The notes below the pieces were generated by a model. The model made no database searches. It had not been told where the DNA came from and saw nothing but the letters and a program-made list of their open reading frames with translations. Made by a program: the position numbers and the translations under genes. From Blasia pusilla (Eukaryota), in the NCBI GenBank assembly GCA_050084515.1, contig CM114271.1, positions 37,448,001 through 37,512,000 of the forward strand: a stretch of DNA of 64,000 bases, read 5' to 3'. Below are positions 1 through 14,410 of the stretch, one piece after another. The first letter of the stretch is position 1. Each line of letters begins with the position of its first letter.

Positions 1-1399
1 CGAGGGAAGCGGAGGGATGAGTCCGATCCTCCGAGTCCGAGTCCGAGTCCGAGTCAGAGGAAGGATTCCCAATTTCCCACTTCTGTAGTCAAAGTAACGC
101 AGGTACGTCGCGCGGTTCTGGTTTCACCGGGAAGTGGGAACCGGTACTTAGTCAAGACGCTAATAATTCTCCACACATTACGAGCAAGGGCACGTGTACG
201 CTTCGGACGGGAGTAAATGTGCACGTCAATCCGAGTTGGATAATTTCTGGCACCACGTGGATGTGTCAGCTCTCGCCGGCACGTTCACTGCGCCCGGCCG
301 GCAGTCGAAACTTGCCGGCATATTTGTCAGTCGCGCGAGAGCGATCTAGTGGCGCGCAGTGTTGCGGCCGACCATATCACGGGAAGAGGTCCTCGAGGAC
401 TCCACGAGTCCACGACCCAGAGCGGGCGAGTGCGCAGTCGGGAAAGTTTCCGACATCCCGCCTTCCGTTCCGTGGGAAGATTTCGCATGACGGGATACGG
501 GCACTCCGACGGGCCAAGACGACAAGGGAGGTGGGGGCGTGTGGGACGGGGTGGTGGGAAAGGGGGACTCGAGAGGCAGGAAACAACAACTGGCAAGCTA
601 TGGATGGCATAAACCTACATGCATGGACGCATGGATACACGAATACATACATACATACATGGCATGGGGATTGTGGGCATGCCGTAGTAGATCGGGAAAA
701 GCGAGCGGGCGTGCCTTATCCCGTTAGGCATCGCGCCACCGCTTTGGTACAGTAATAAGTAGAGCAGGGCAGGGCAGGAGTGACGACGGGGAGCGAGGGA
801 GCGGCGGGAGCGGGTACAAGAATCCGTCCATAGTAGGGGCCGGCCGGGCAGGCGCGCGGTGACAGACAGAAGAGGCAGTCTAGAGCGAAAGAAAGGCGAG
901 CGCAAACAATCGCCGAGGGCAAATCGCGAGCCCTTTCTGCCCTCGAAGTCGAGCGGAAGTGCAGCAGCGCTTGCTGGGAGGGCGAGGAGTTGAGGCTCGG
1001 CACAGTGCTCGGCAGCTGCAGCTCAGCGCACAAAAGACAGAAGAGACCAGTAGAGGAGTAGTGCTGCGCTGCTTGCTGGGCTGGCTGGCTGGCTGCGCTG
1101 GGCTGGCTGGGGTTGTTGGTTGCTTGGCTGGACGTCCCCCATCTCCTGCATACCCTGCGCCTTTTCCTTGCTTCTCCCTCCCATCCCATTCCATTCCACA
1201 GCCCGACTGCCTGACTGGACTGGACTGGACTTCACTGCCTGCCTGCCCGCCCGCCCGCCCGACTGCCTTCCTCTACTACTCCATCTTCCCCTAGCTCTGG
1301 ACTCCGGTGGAGGCGGAGGAGGAGGGAAGAAGAAGGGAGAGAAGAGAGAGGGAGCCAGACAAATTCCTCGCGGAGGAGCTTGTTCGATTGCGATTGTGT

Positions 1400-1640
1400 G
1401 TTGAGAGGACTTGTGTTGGTGTTGTTGTTGTTGTTGTCGTCACAGCCCCCTTAGGAACGGAGGTACTTCTTCTTCTTCAGCTTCTTCTTCTTCTTCATCA
1501 TCGTCGTCGTCGTCTTCTTCTTCATCCTCCGCTTTCCTCTGGTTTTTGCTTGCATATTGTGCTCTTCTTCTCATCCTCCTCCTGCGGCTTCCGCTTCGTC
1601 GGTTTCTTCTTCTGCTCCTTCTTCTTCTTGTTGCTTAGAA
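1400..1640. repeat. Trinucleotide microsatellites (GTT)n, (CTT)n, (TCG)n in the probable 5' leader of the RRM gene
   Basis: Directly visible runs such as gttgttgttg, cttcttcttc and tcgtcgtcgt. Confidence 0.8.
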
Positions 1641-2187
1641 AGAATAGGGCCGCGTGTCGTGTCTCAAGCACTTCCTTGCTGCTCGCCGTGCTGTTGCTGA
1701 ATAGAGTGCACAGAACTGCTGTCACTGTCGCTTAGCGACCCACACTCTTCTTATCTGGGCTGAGTGTCGACCATCGGAGGTGAACCGAGCTGCTGATTCA
1801 GTTCCCTGTGTGTCCCTGAACAATTCTGTTTCTTACAGGTGCTCGTAGGACGAAAGCTAGTGGCAGGCAGTGGAATGTTGTGACAGTTGAAGGACGGAAA
1901 AGAGCACGCGCGATCGATTCGTCGGCGGGCATCGCGAAAGAGAGGCTCTGAGTCTTGAGATTATGGCCGGAACAGGTGGGCTGCCTCCTATAGCATCATC
2001 GACAGCGGTAGACAGAGCCGAGTAGAGTGCGCTGCTGGAGTGGAGTGAGAGAAAGCGGTATGCGAAGCAGGTGTAATGGAGGATCAGAACTGGCATTGAA
2101 TTCCGGTAGTACAAGAAGACGCACGTTGTTGTCGGGATTAGAAAGCGGGGAGGCTAGCGGATTGAGGTCAGATTTGGGAGGCGTGAA

Positions 2188-5100
2188 ATGGCAGCGGGTG
2201 GAGCAGGAGCTGGTGGCGGTGGTGGTGGTGGCGGTGGCGGTGGAGGTGGTGGTGGTGGTGGTGGTGGTGGAGGACAAGGTGGTTACGGAGACACCACTTA
2301 CACCAAAGTCTTCGTCGGGGGACTAGCATGGGAGACCCAGCGTGACACTATGCGCCGCCACTTCGAGCAATTCGGAGATATTCTAGAGGCCGTCGTCATC
2401 ACTGATAAGAACACGGGCCGCTCGAAAGGCTATGGCTTTGTGCGCTCCCTCCCCTCCTTCTCTCCCTTCTCCGCATTCACCACACCCACAATCGCTTGAC
2501 TGCTCTGCTCATGGATGGATGGATGGATCATGCTGAGATGAGATGAGAGGATTTCCTGAGCACTCGTCCGATGCCCATGGTTATTTCATGATGATGAACG
2601 CGCGCTACTAATGTTTTTAGCTGCGAGAGCCAATGTACGGATGCTGAAGGGTCGATTCTTATCGTGGTGGTATGAATCACTGAACGCAGACCCCTCTCGT
2701 GTGGAAGGAAGTGACTGATTCGCGTAAAAGTGTTTGGCATCTGTCAGTATTGGTTGGTCGGAGATGTTGTCTCAAAGTCGTTGGGTGGTTGGGCTGTCCG
2801 GTCGATCATGGTCGAATAGGGATGTAGCGATGAGCGGGAAGAGCTATTCAGCTCTCTCAGCTGACGTAGCAGACCAGGCACTCCGTTTGTCGTAGATCCC
2901 CTTCTTCCGGTGTAAGAACCCTCCTGTGCGGATCAACATCTTCGCTTGCTAGATCTCAAGGGGATTCTCTCGATCAAGTCGCCTGTTTTAATTTCTGTGT
3001 CCTTACGTCCCTGCCGAGACTCATCGAGACGAAGTGCTGGCAGCACGTTTTCACCATTTGCGCTCGTTGTTTCGAGCACACTATATTACTCACGGATCAC
3101 TGGAGGCATCGGTCACTAAACAGATCTGGTGCGAGGAAAGGATGCATCTGATTTCATCTCTCGGTGGATTCGTGTCTAACTCTGACCCGAGTCGTCCATC
3201 CCTAGAGAAGAAGGAAGCCCGTAGAGAAGCGAGGGAGTGTGGGTGGTTGTCCCTGCCTGCCTCGATGTGAGATTGAAAATTTTATAACGGATGCAGGTGA
3301 CATTCCGAGATGCGGAAGCAGCGCGCAGAGCTTGCGCGGATCCGACGCCAATCATTGATGGAAGGCGTGCCAACTGCAATCTGGCATCGCTCGGCAATCG
3401 CAACCGTCCTCACGGCCAGCACGGTCGGTCTCACTTAATCTCTGACGCTCACAAGTTGCTCTCCATGCTTTCTGTTTGTTTAGCTGCATCTGCAAGAGGA
3501 CCATCTCCCCCGTCCAGTTATCGGCGGTCCCCGGGGAATAAGATGGGCTGCATATTGGTTGTGGGCTGGCTGGGATCAGTGGACGTCTAGAAACTCCTGG
3601 GAGATTTCTTGGAATCTTTCTGCCAGAGCCGTTAGGTGTCAAGTAGGTAGAATGGTGGAACGAAGCTGTGTCGGGGCTTGGATTCAGTGTTATACAGGAC
3701 GGCGTAGATCCCTTCTCGATCGCGGCCGCAAGCTCTGCCTAGGAATGTTGAGGATACTCTTTCATCTCTCTCACTCCCTCTTCGTGCGGGCGGCTCTGGG
3801 AAATACTTCTTAAACATCCTCCGAAGTCGGGAGTCCCTCACGGTGACGGTCCAGGTCCACGAGTCAGCGGGTGGGACGTGATGATATTCGTGAAGCAATC
3901 CAAGGGATCCGGGGATGTACCCTTGTGCTCTGGAATGATCCGGATTTCTTCACCCAAGCGGAGGAGATGAGGTTGTTCGGTCCATCAGTGAAGTGAGCAC
4001 GCGGGGTCAGTCAGTAGTATTAGGTCTGACCAGTGTATCATTAGCTTATGAGACAGTACAGCCGATTCTTGTCCTGCTAGTTGATACGTCTCTAGAGATG
4101 GAGCCGAACGCGAGGTTGCCAGCGAGCTTGAGATCCTGCGCTACAACCACTGACAAGGAAAGAACTGCTGCCTGCGTGGCATGGGTAAACCTGGGACGGG
4201 ACGGGAAATTGGGAGAAGGCATTGCTGTGGGACTGATGAGGATGCACGTTTCGTTTTTTCCAATTATCTAATGCGCTCAGGCAACCCTTATCGCCCAATA
4301 ACTCCTTTTCCTGCAGGCCCTCAGGCGGGAGGGCCTGGGTACACCGGCGCCCCAACTTTCCCCCAGGCAGGTGCCCCATTCACGGCGTATCCGCAGCAAG
4401 GATTCACCACATACCCTCCGTATGCCAGGTTGGTGGTCTGGATCTCGTCTCGGCTTGCTTCGTTTGCATTCCTCTTCAGCTGCATTCCTTTCTTTATGTA
4501 TCGGGGGCACATCATGCTTGTCTCAGGAAATAGCCTCTGCCCGTGTAGGATCCGATAATAGCTGAGGGACAGTCGAGAAGCTGATAGGGTTTCGTGTTTC
4601 GTGGCCTCACTGGATCCCGGAAGACGAGCTTCTCTCCGGACGAGACTAGATTTTGACGGATGCTCATGGCGAGAGGTGTAGAGATCTCTGACAAATGTGA
4701 CATTTCGTTGTGGTGTTTGGCAGCTACCCACAGTACCCGCCCGACTACACGGGTTACCCCCAGGTGGGTGTGTTTGGATGTACTTGTCTCCTTTCTCCGT
4801 CTTGGTGGCAGAATTTCACATCACGAGAGTTAATTGAGAGTTAGATTGGTAGAGATTTATTGGGCAATGTTCCCCTCTTGGTTCTTTGGGGTTCCGATTG
4901 GGTGATGAATTCCAAGAATTCCCACTCGAGGAGTTGGGGAGGCAATCAGTGATGTGCATGTGCGCGCTGGATTCGTGTGGATGATGATAATTTTGGATGA
5001 GCTACCTCATCGATTGATCGATCTGGACAGATTCTGACGCAAAAGACCTGTGTCGATTCTCTGGTGGGACTGCAGAACTTGTATAGCCCTTATGGCGGTC

Positions 5101-5737
5101 CTCAGTTTCCAGCTCAAGTTTACGGGCCTGGATTATCAGCGAATTCGGCCGCCGCGGGGCTTTATCCATACACTGGATATCCGCAACCACTTCAGGGAGG
5201 ACCCGGCTATGCATCTCCACAGGCCTTCACGGGCGTGCAGGGCCCTTTGATGCCGTACGGAAACCCCGCCGGTGTGACTCCTATTACAAGCATGGCTCAA
5301 CAATACCCGTCAGCCATTCCCATACCCTCAGCTTCTCCTTCCGCCGGTTAGTTCTTCTTAATAATCGGAGAGTGCCAAGTTGTCTGATGTAGATCTATCT
5401 AGATGACTCTGGTATCGCCAAGGGGATGGTGGTCGACGTTTGGAGTGGAGATTCCCAGCGCCTGGAGCCTTTTGATGCTTCGGGTGTCCGCTGCTTGGGC
5501 TCCAATGCAGTCCAATTCAATTCACATCAATTCCATGAATTCAATTCGATGATCGTGTCTTGGCTTATGTGCTTTTTGTTTGGCGAGAATTGACGGAGGA
5601 ATCGTCGAATGACAGGAGTAGCACCAACGATAGCAGCAGCTGGAGTTGGAGGACCAGGACCCACCCAACAGTTCGTGGCGACACCGACGCAGCAACAATT
5701 CTCGACGAGCGGAGTCCCAGAACAGCCGTCCGGTTGA
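2188..5737 (+). CDS. RRM-domain RNA-binding protein (RBM24/RBM38/ARP1-like), 6 coding exons
   Basis: Exons 2188-2439, 3297-3423, 4281-4428, 4724-4763, 5076-5346 and 5616-5737, all with GT-AG boundaries and consistent phase. Protein: poly-Gly N-terminus, [16 protein letters not shown] (RNP2), KGYGFVTF (RNP1), [16 protein letters not shown], then a Pro/Tyr/Gly/Gln-rich tail ending at TGA 5735-5737. Confidence 0.92.
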
Positions 5738-5968
5738 GCCGAGCCAAGCCGAGCTGGTATTCCTGCCCAGTCGAAAAGAGAGTTGTGCTCTACTGAAGCA
5801 GGACGGGGCGCGGGCGGTGGCTAAAGAAATTCAGGGCAAGTTGTCGTCGTTTGTAAGAAACAGGACGATGGACAAACACCTCCACCTTGTGGGGATGTAT
5901 GATTGGCCATACATGCATCCGTTTGTGAGGTGTAGTAAATTTTGGTCTCATTTGTCACACAAAAAACA

Positions 5969-6080
5969 GGGGGGCGGGGAGGGGGAAGGGGAGAGGGAGG
6001 GCTAGGGAGGGGGAGGGAGGGAGGGAGGGAGGGAAGGGGGCTGGGAAGGGGAGGGAGGGAGGGAGGGAGGGAGGGATGGG
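5969..6080 (+). repeat. G-rich polypurine tract (GGGA)n downstream of the RRM stop codon
   Basis: About 110 nt of near-pure G/A with many GGG runs. A second (GGAA)n/(GGGT)n tract lies at about 6672-6800. Confidence 0.85.
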
Positions 6081-8899
6081 TCTCAATTCTTTATTTCCTG
6101 TCATGATTATTGTACCGAACCTATCATGAAACCTATCAATAACATGCCTCTGCCGCATGACTTCCAATCGTCTCTTCGAAAGAGGTGGTGCCGCCAATTT
6201 ACGAGAGCGAGCGTTCTGCCTATGTCTGCCCATCTTGTAGAGCTGGGATAGACACTTGATGAGCATTGCATATCACCGCCAATCTCACTCATTCTTAATT
6301 CTGGGGGATGCACGTGTAGCCTGTCGTGGTTCTCCGCCGCCATATTCTACTCCTCCCTCCTTCCACAAAACAGTGACTATTGATGTCGTCTTGATTTTAC
6401 ATCGTCACGCAGTACGAAATCGATACTTGAAAACTCGGCCACAAATTGGAGTCTAGTAAGGTGTGGTGCATGAAGATCAACAGACAGTCGCACAGTTCCA
6501 GGCTAACCGATTGGGGCTCTCTAAACTTCAAATCAGGCAACTCGGCAGTAACTCTGCCATAGCTTGACCTGCGAAGGAAGTCTTTGCCTTTCTTTTTACA
6601 TTTTTGCCATCCGGTCTATAAGAGAGGTGAGGACGAAGCTATAGCTAGCTAGCAACTACAAAAGTGTGAAGTGGGAAGGGAAGGGAAGGGAAGGAAGGGA
6701 AGGAAAGGAAGGAAGGAGGGGGGAGGAAGGAAGGAAGGAAGGTATGGATCGATGGACGGACGGACTGGTGGGTGGGTGGTGGGTGGGTGGGTTAGGGGGA
6801 TAGTGGGGAGGGCAAATTCATTACTGAGCTGATCTGTTAGCTTATTGAGGTAGATGTGCAGTGTAGGACATTATAGCCTGGAGAAAGCAATTCCGTTCTG
6901 TTCCATCGTCCGGTTTATTCAGGAGCATTTGGACCAACAGTTGGTTCTGTAGACTGTTTCAACCCTTTGGATCTGGGCCGAGATCCATGTCAATGTCATT
7001 ATCACACAACCATTGCCATAAAGCAACACAAATTCGTGTACACGCTCAAATTTTATGCATCGTGGTTACCAGTCAGTCCATGCGTGTTTCTGTACCCCCT
7101 TCTGGCTTGCTTCTGCCCTCCTGCCTGCGCTTCCCTTCGACCCTCTGATCTAAATCTTGTCTTGCATTTGGAAGAAGCTGGGCCATTCCCGCATTCTTTG
7201 TGGTCCCGGCTTCATCTCCTCACCCTCACCTCACCGCGTGCTCAAGTTTTTTGCTTCAGCTACTTTGCTTTGCTGTGCTTTCTTTCCTTTTCTTCCCGTC
7301 TTTAGGTCGTGTGTCCGCCCCATCATGACCTGCCTACAGCTACGGAAGTGCATGAGATGATTTCAGAATCTGGGGAGGCATCCACTAGTCTCCAGTGTGG
7401 ATTCCTGTGGCGATGGTACTCAACCTCTTCGATGTGATCTTCATCGTGAGCGAGTACGTACAAGAACAGCACTCGGTGACCCCGGAACGGGATATCCCAG
7501 TGATCGTAGAAGTAGAGTACACTTGTGAACTGGAAGGCTGTACACAAGAAAGTAGGACGTAACGAAAACAGGTAAGAATTTGGTTGGCCTCTTCAAGAGA
7601 ACACAAATGGACAGTGTGAGCCCTCGCGTGTGAAGGGTCGTTGAGATCAAAGGGCGTTTCAACCCTTGCACTTGGTGTCTCAAGGCTAGAATATGACCTC
7701 GCTGTATCAATACCTTGGAGAGGCTGCAGTAAGACTGGGGGAATGGTTGTGGGCGTCAAGGGTATGATTCAAGTGGAACATCGATGGAGACTCATGTTCC
7801 CACACATACAAGTCTCTAATAGTCGAAAGTAATACGCATAAGACGTTAGCAATAATACTACTTTTTGTCCGCTCAAAATACTGGAGGGATCCTCTCAAAC
7901 TCTCATGTGTTTCATAATTTTGGAGAGGAAAGAATTTCTTCAGATTCCTGGTGTGCCCTCTTGACATAATACAGCCATTCCCTCTCTAGTTTTCCCATAC
8001 CACCGAACCCTCCACCAAATTTATTTTCGATTTCTACTCTTACAAGTAGTGAAGTGGATCTCCCTTTAGGAGGAGATCTTGGTCCATTCTCATTTCCCAT
8101 GAAAGGCTACAAACTAAGATGGGGAGATGAGATGAACTCTTTCCCTCTCTCCTTTAGAAGAGTGTACGGACTCATGGCCCTCTATGTTAAATGCCAAAAT
8201 ATTTAAGAAAGTCTTAACAAGTAAACTACCATCTTAAAAAATATTATATGAATTAATCTTCATAATCTTATCTCAAAATCTTGTAACATATTTTGAAAGT
8301 ATTATGCCTACTTGACGAATTTTGGCATTTTAAAATGAACATATGGCACCCCTAGCGTTTGACATTTTATAATCCCTAGATTACTCACATACCACACAAC
8401 ACAACTCATGAAGAAAACTATATGAACCCTCATACTCATATCATAATAAACCTTCACTCATAATGGTCTTCAAAGGCGAGTGCCCCTTTCCAGTATTTAT
8501 TTAACTTACACAAAGTGTACACTCAAATGTGGAGAGTAAGCCGGCTCTACAAGTCACGCAAGCAAAAGACATGCACTTGATCCTTCATACGCCTATAAAA
8601 CCATGTATGAGTTCAAGTAAAGTTAGAGAGATAAAAGTTCAATCTCCCCAATTCAACTCCATACTGAGAGACACGTAGCCAGCCTCTTCAATTCCACGCA
8701 CCATTTAATTGGAAACGGTGGGTCTCTAACCTCTTCAACTCCAACCAGAATCTACTTGGAAACCATCTTCTTCACCTACCATGTACCCGCTACACTTGCA
8801 TAGTTTTGACATGACATGTATCAAAAGAGTATGAGTAGTTTGTTACCCTAAACCCTAGTAGTACTCCAAGACATATTTTTTTAGTTTGAGTTCTTTTCT

Positions 8900-10900
8900 A
8901 AATCCTCTAATGAATGCTCAAAATCTTTAGCCCCTGGGAAATTTAAAATGAGTGTTTTTCTTCTCCAAGTGGAAGAGGAAGCCCCTATAAGTAAAGGACA
9001 AATGGGGCGATTCAAAGTTTGACAAAGAGAAGTGGTAACACAAATAATAGTATAGATATGTCACAACCATGTCTCTTTTGCTCTTAAATAATAATTGTAA
9101 CAAACACATATCTTCATACCACTTCCCTGTTGCAAATGTAAGAAGGCATAGGCAACGAGCATGGCAAGGGATGTCATGATCACTTATCAAATTTCCTTAG
9201 GGGGAAGGACTTAAACTTATTGAGTAAAAACAAGGAAACACCAATTATCAAAGTCCTTGAGATCTCGGAAAAAAATTCCAAAAAGGAAGAATAATGATTG
9301 TCTAGCTATAGGACATAATGGAGTTGGATTAAGGAATATAGTTATAGACAAGCTAAACTTAGATGAAAAGAGCAAGATGATTCGATTTTTTTTGTCCCAA
9401 AAATTCAACAAAGCATGGACAACGTTAGATTCCATTTGAAGGAAACCTTTCTCCATGGCATTGATATATGACCAATGTCTTATATCAATGTTGTAGAACA
9501 AGAAGAGTGAGAGGAGATGAAACCAAAAATAAATAACCTATAAAATTTGGACATTGATATGGTGGAAGTCTAGGTTGAGATGCTAGGACAATGATGCAAA
9601 ATGAAGGAGTACGGATAAGGTATGATTAGTATTGAATAATGCTAGGTGAGGATCTTGGTTGATAATACTGATAAGCAAATGCAAATAAATTAGGATTGAG
9701 AAGTAAGAGACTTGATTTAGCAAGATTTTTGAGGTGGTAGGAGAACAATGCTAATCACAATGTGCAATGAGGGGAACTCAAGAGATATGTCACACCCAAA
9801 GGAGGTCCGGTAAAATCAAATAATCAAAGGAGTGGGTACAATGCATCTATCATCATGGAAGAGACGTTATCATAATATTGTGGAAGAAGATAACTCCAAT
9901 ATTAGAAAGGAGATTTCGAACACATAAGAAAGGTGAGTGAAAGAAACGTTTAGGTGTATTAGACAAGGAAGAGATCCAAAGGTTTGCAAGATGAATTTAT
10001 GGAGACTTCATGATCCAAGAAGCACAAGGTCTTGAACAAAAGGGACCTGAAATGGATAGGACACTTTGACTCATAACAATAATCATAGGGTTAAATTTGA
10101 GATACATAAAAGAAAAATAAGAGGGATTGATAATTCAGTAGTCCCCATACATGAAAGCTAAGGATGAACAAGAGATAGAGATGATGTAACTTTGGGCCAA
10201 CAAGAAGTTAGGGCTCAATTCATGCATATGGGGAAAATCTCTACCATGAGTCTTTCATGAAAAAGACAAGAGCTATGTCAAACCTAAAAAGTACAAGGAA
10301 AGTGAATAGATCCGAAAGGCCACTTTGAACCAGGCAAGTGTGTGGACTCCACCATCTCCAAACACAAGATGAGATCGACTTGCGATTAGGGTTTCCATGA
10401 CTTTGAAAATATGGGAAAATGTCCCAAGAATTAACAAGGTTTCTGGCCTTATGGGATCTCATAAGACGAAAAAGAAAGTCCCAAACTCTCTAGAACACTA
10501 AGCACATCTCCACCCCACTACACAAAGTGGGCTTCATGTTTGTAGGAGAGGTGAAATCTACCCCCCATTAGATAACTAAAAAGCAAAGCATTTTAAAACA
10601 GATTTGTTCATTTGACCATTATGAGAGTCTCACAAACAACCTACACGATCTTTGATTGAAACACAGAGGCTCCATATTGATAGTCCTCACGAACGTATAA
10701 TCCGGGTGGAGTGATCTCTTTCCACTTGGCAACAACAAATTAAACGTCGAGCATTGAACTTTCCTTACTCGCTCTTTTTTTACAAGATCCCTAAATCACA
10801 TCCAATAGAAAATGCCTTTAAAATAGAAACCCCTTACTCATCACCACCCTTTTCCCATGGGTTTTCCATCGCCCGTTTTTTATGGAGGCCATTCCCTTTT
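8900..10900 (-). mobile_element. Highly decayed L1-type LINE remnant (APE endonuclease + RT fragments)
   Basis: Minus-strand fragments: LVNSWDIFPYFQSHGNPNRKS...SGLSD resembles the APE C-terminal LxDxW...SRLD...SDH motifs; FRDLKDFDNWCFL resembles RT LDFEKAFDxVxW; FTYRGF resembles YLG. Many stops and frameshifts; boundaries approximate. Confidence 0.5.
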
Positions 10901-13900
10901 TCCATTCGGAGATCTCGTTTGGGTTAGCCGTAGGCCAAGGTCCGCAGAGACAAAGCACTTCTTGCCAACAGTGCAGTTTTTAGAATAATAAACTCTAAAA
11001 TTAATTATAAAGCACACGCGTGATTCTCAATATAGAAAAGTGCCCAACGTCTGAAAGCTAATTCGAAACGCCCTATTTCCCTTAAACAGAGATGAACATC
11101 TCGTTTAGGAGTTTCGCTAATCTCGAAGAGGCGGTCCCAAGTAAAGTAGAATGTCGTGTCATGTTGTCGTTAAGCGGAGTACCCCGCCCCCGCCACAAAC
11201 AAGTCGTACAATTTGAACAGGGGCGTGAAGTTGCGAAGCCGACTTGTCACGCGCGCGTCTGGGTATCTCGAGGTTCATTCCTTCCTCTTCAGACCGGCTT
11301 TTCATTTGTTTGGTACCACTGCCCTTGGACAGTGGGACTCCCGGAGACTCACTCACACATACCTATACGAGAACACGATCGACGCCCTCGCGTTTGGGCG
11401 TGGCGCTCCCGAGTTCTTCCATCGCCGGCTCCGTGGAGTGCTGATGGCTGTGGAACCCGGGGGAGAGGGAAACACGAATAATCGTGCATTTGCTCGTTTC
11501 GTTGCGCAGATCGATGGATGGATGGCACGGAGTAGCGGCCGGATCTGTACTCGTACTCGAGAACGCCCTGGGGCGGGAGTCTGGCCCGCAGTCGGCGAGT
11601 GAGTCGGCAAGAGTACGTCGGTCATGAGAGGGAGGGGAGAGCCATGAAGGACCAATTAATGAGTTTGACCGCAAGTTATGGCAGGAGGTCCTCGCCTGTG
11701 CGATGGACAGCGCTGCAAAGCTGTGGAGATAAGGAATGGGAATCTGCACATAATGGACATTGATTGCGATTGACTGCAGTTTACTAAGAAGGTCCGTCTT
11801 CGCAGGAGGACCGCGCAGCGAAGCCGAGCAACTGTAGGCTGTGGCATTGATCGCTGTACCTCCCGCGAGAATCGGGTGAGTTTCGCCTGGGACTGCTTTT
11901 CAACTCCGCTTCTGCGCTTTGACATTCCGTGACCTATCGGCCCCGGATCCCCCAGTTAAGAATAGGATATCTGAATTATGAGCCGGGTATCATCAGAATT
12001 GGCGTGGTGTATGCTATCATCATCATGAGGACCAAACCAAACTATTCCGAAGTGCGCTCGCTCGCTGCTGCCGACGCCCTGACGTCAGGTCCAAAAACTG
12101 AGGCAGGTAAAGCGATGGGAATCTGATCATGGTGAGTCCCGCAGCTACCGCTGCGCCACAGGGGGGTTTCCAGAAACATGATCTCCTTTCAAATTAAACC
12201 GCACACCTCGGTTGTAATGAAGCGCACTGTCTCCATTAGTCTCACAACCTTTCCACTTCCTTGAGCGAAGTCTATCCAAACGGTTCATCAATTGTGCCCG
12301 GCCTCACTCGACAGTCAAGAGGTGACACCGGAACTCCGGAAGGGCACGACTGCGTCAGGAGAGGGGAGGGCCCGTGATCTCTGGAGCGAACTTTGCAGAT
12401 TGCAGACATGTATGCGATGAGACGGAAGGGGCTCATGAGAGATGGCAACACTTTCAACACCTGGCAAGAAAGGAAAGCCGGGAGCGATGATAGTATGTGC
12501 GGCGTGCAGAGTTCGCAGTCCACGCGGAGCAGAAAGACATAGAACGAGAACGAGAACGAGGATATGTCAGTCCTCCACACTCGCCATCAGTCCTCGATTC
12601 ACGCGCGATAAATGCATCTCATGAGCCCCTCGTGTGTCACATGTTGGAGTCTTTTCTTCCTCAACATTCTACAGTGCTCGGAAATAGGGACTTCGCTCGC
12701 CTATCGTCCTCACGACCATCAATCAACAAGCTTCCGTGCCTGATCGCGACATTCACCTCTCACGTAGCACGACCATGGTTCATTCTTTCTGATGCACAGC
12801 CACGAGTGAGCTGAGCGAGCCACAACGCAGCGCTCGGATCAGGTGGGGATTGGATCCAGCGCAGTCTGTCGCATTTGAGTTCAGAGGAGGGCATCAAGGC
12901 CTATCGTTACAACAGTCCTTTCGTCTCTCAACAGTTCCAGCGGCAGCCGATTCGAATATCTGAATAGAGACAACCAGTCCATTTCTGAGCTCAGGCATTG
13001 AAACCAGCCATGCCTCGATGCCAGCCTCTATGGAAGCTCTGGACGGAAAAGCAAGAGCAGGGCCTTAGTGATTTCAAACTCGGTCACTCTTAAGGACTAT
13101 TACGGATTTCGAGTCTCGATCATCAGGATTCCTCTCCCCCACTCCAAACTCTCTCCTTCCTCATCTTACGAAATTTCCGGCTCAGGCTAATGAATGATCC
13201 CACATTGCAGCTGAGTGATCTCGAAAGAGGTCATAGACTCACGGTAGCGTAACAGCGTTGCTCGTTGCGTGCTTCGAGGTTCAACTCATCACGAGGTCAT
13301 AATGGGAGTACTTCGACTTTTTGACTAGTTGTCATAATTGGAACCAATCCACTTCTTGACTAACCTGGGTTCCTTACTCCCCATAATCTACCTAGGATTC
13401 ATTAGTATATTTCTGCGTATACAAGTAGCCAGTGTGGCCCTTTGAGACGGAGAGGGGAAGGAATTAATTAGTAAACACGAGGAAACGTGGATGTGATAGA
13501 TGGAGAGAAAAGAAAATATGGATAGTTTGCAACGGCCGTAATTATTGTTTTCTCTTCTCATCATCTCTTGTGTGTGATAATGTGATTTTGCTAATACAGG
13601 TGATTTATTCTTTCTCCTTTTCAGGGAAAAAGGGGTTCTCAAGACTCAAAGTCGTATAGGATAGTTATCACCAATCAATTAATAGCCCCTGCGAGATTTA
13701 TTTCAACAAAAGCATTGGAAATTTTGATGCTCTCCCTCGATATTTTCATGACCCTTATAAGGCGGTGATTTGCACCTCAGATATTTACTGTCGAACATTT
13801 AACGACAGTTATAAAGCGGAGAAATATTTCCACGGAATGAAGAGTTTTGGTTATACATTTGAGAAAAGAAAAACAATTCAAAACTATTTGTGCAATGATT

Positions 13901-14410
13901 TTTTAAATTTTAAAATATTTTAATCCACATGATGATTATTTATTTAAAAAGAGTTACCGATTTATTATATTTGAGTTGGAAATTAAATCATTTCTAATAT
14001 TTAGAAATGGAAATAAATAATGTGATTCATTTTTACTGCCCCTACAACTGTCGTGTAAATTGCGCATTTAAATTTCGTGGTGACAAGTCGACTCGGTGGG
14101 CAGAGGGAGAGCAAGGTGTCCACATCAGATTGCTGTATACGTGGGAGCGGGGTGCCACATGATTCAACCCATATCTCTCTCTGGACTTAGAGATCTCCTA
14201 CAATTTCGTTGCGAATAGAGTCGTTATTTTTGCCTTTGCTATGGTTTGTGCACAAGGTTAATGACCACAATTCAGTTGATCAATTGCATCTCAGCTTGCC
14301 AGATTCTTGATTACCTTTAACGGCGATAGTTTTGTAAGGCGACTTCTTATTTTAGATTCAGCATTGAGGATGGTGAAACTCCCTTGTGTGTCAGCAGAGG
14401 TCAGGAGAAC

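Noticed and set aside
219-1735. Many overlapping 60-180 aa ORFs
   Set aside because: These are products of GC-rich promoter/leader sequence and microsatellites; they are low complexity and contain no domain.
6960-8830. Possible gene or retroelement remnant (e.g. ORF 7323-7547)
   Set aside because: There is no motif I can assign with confidence, and the frames are interrupted by stops.
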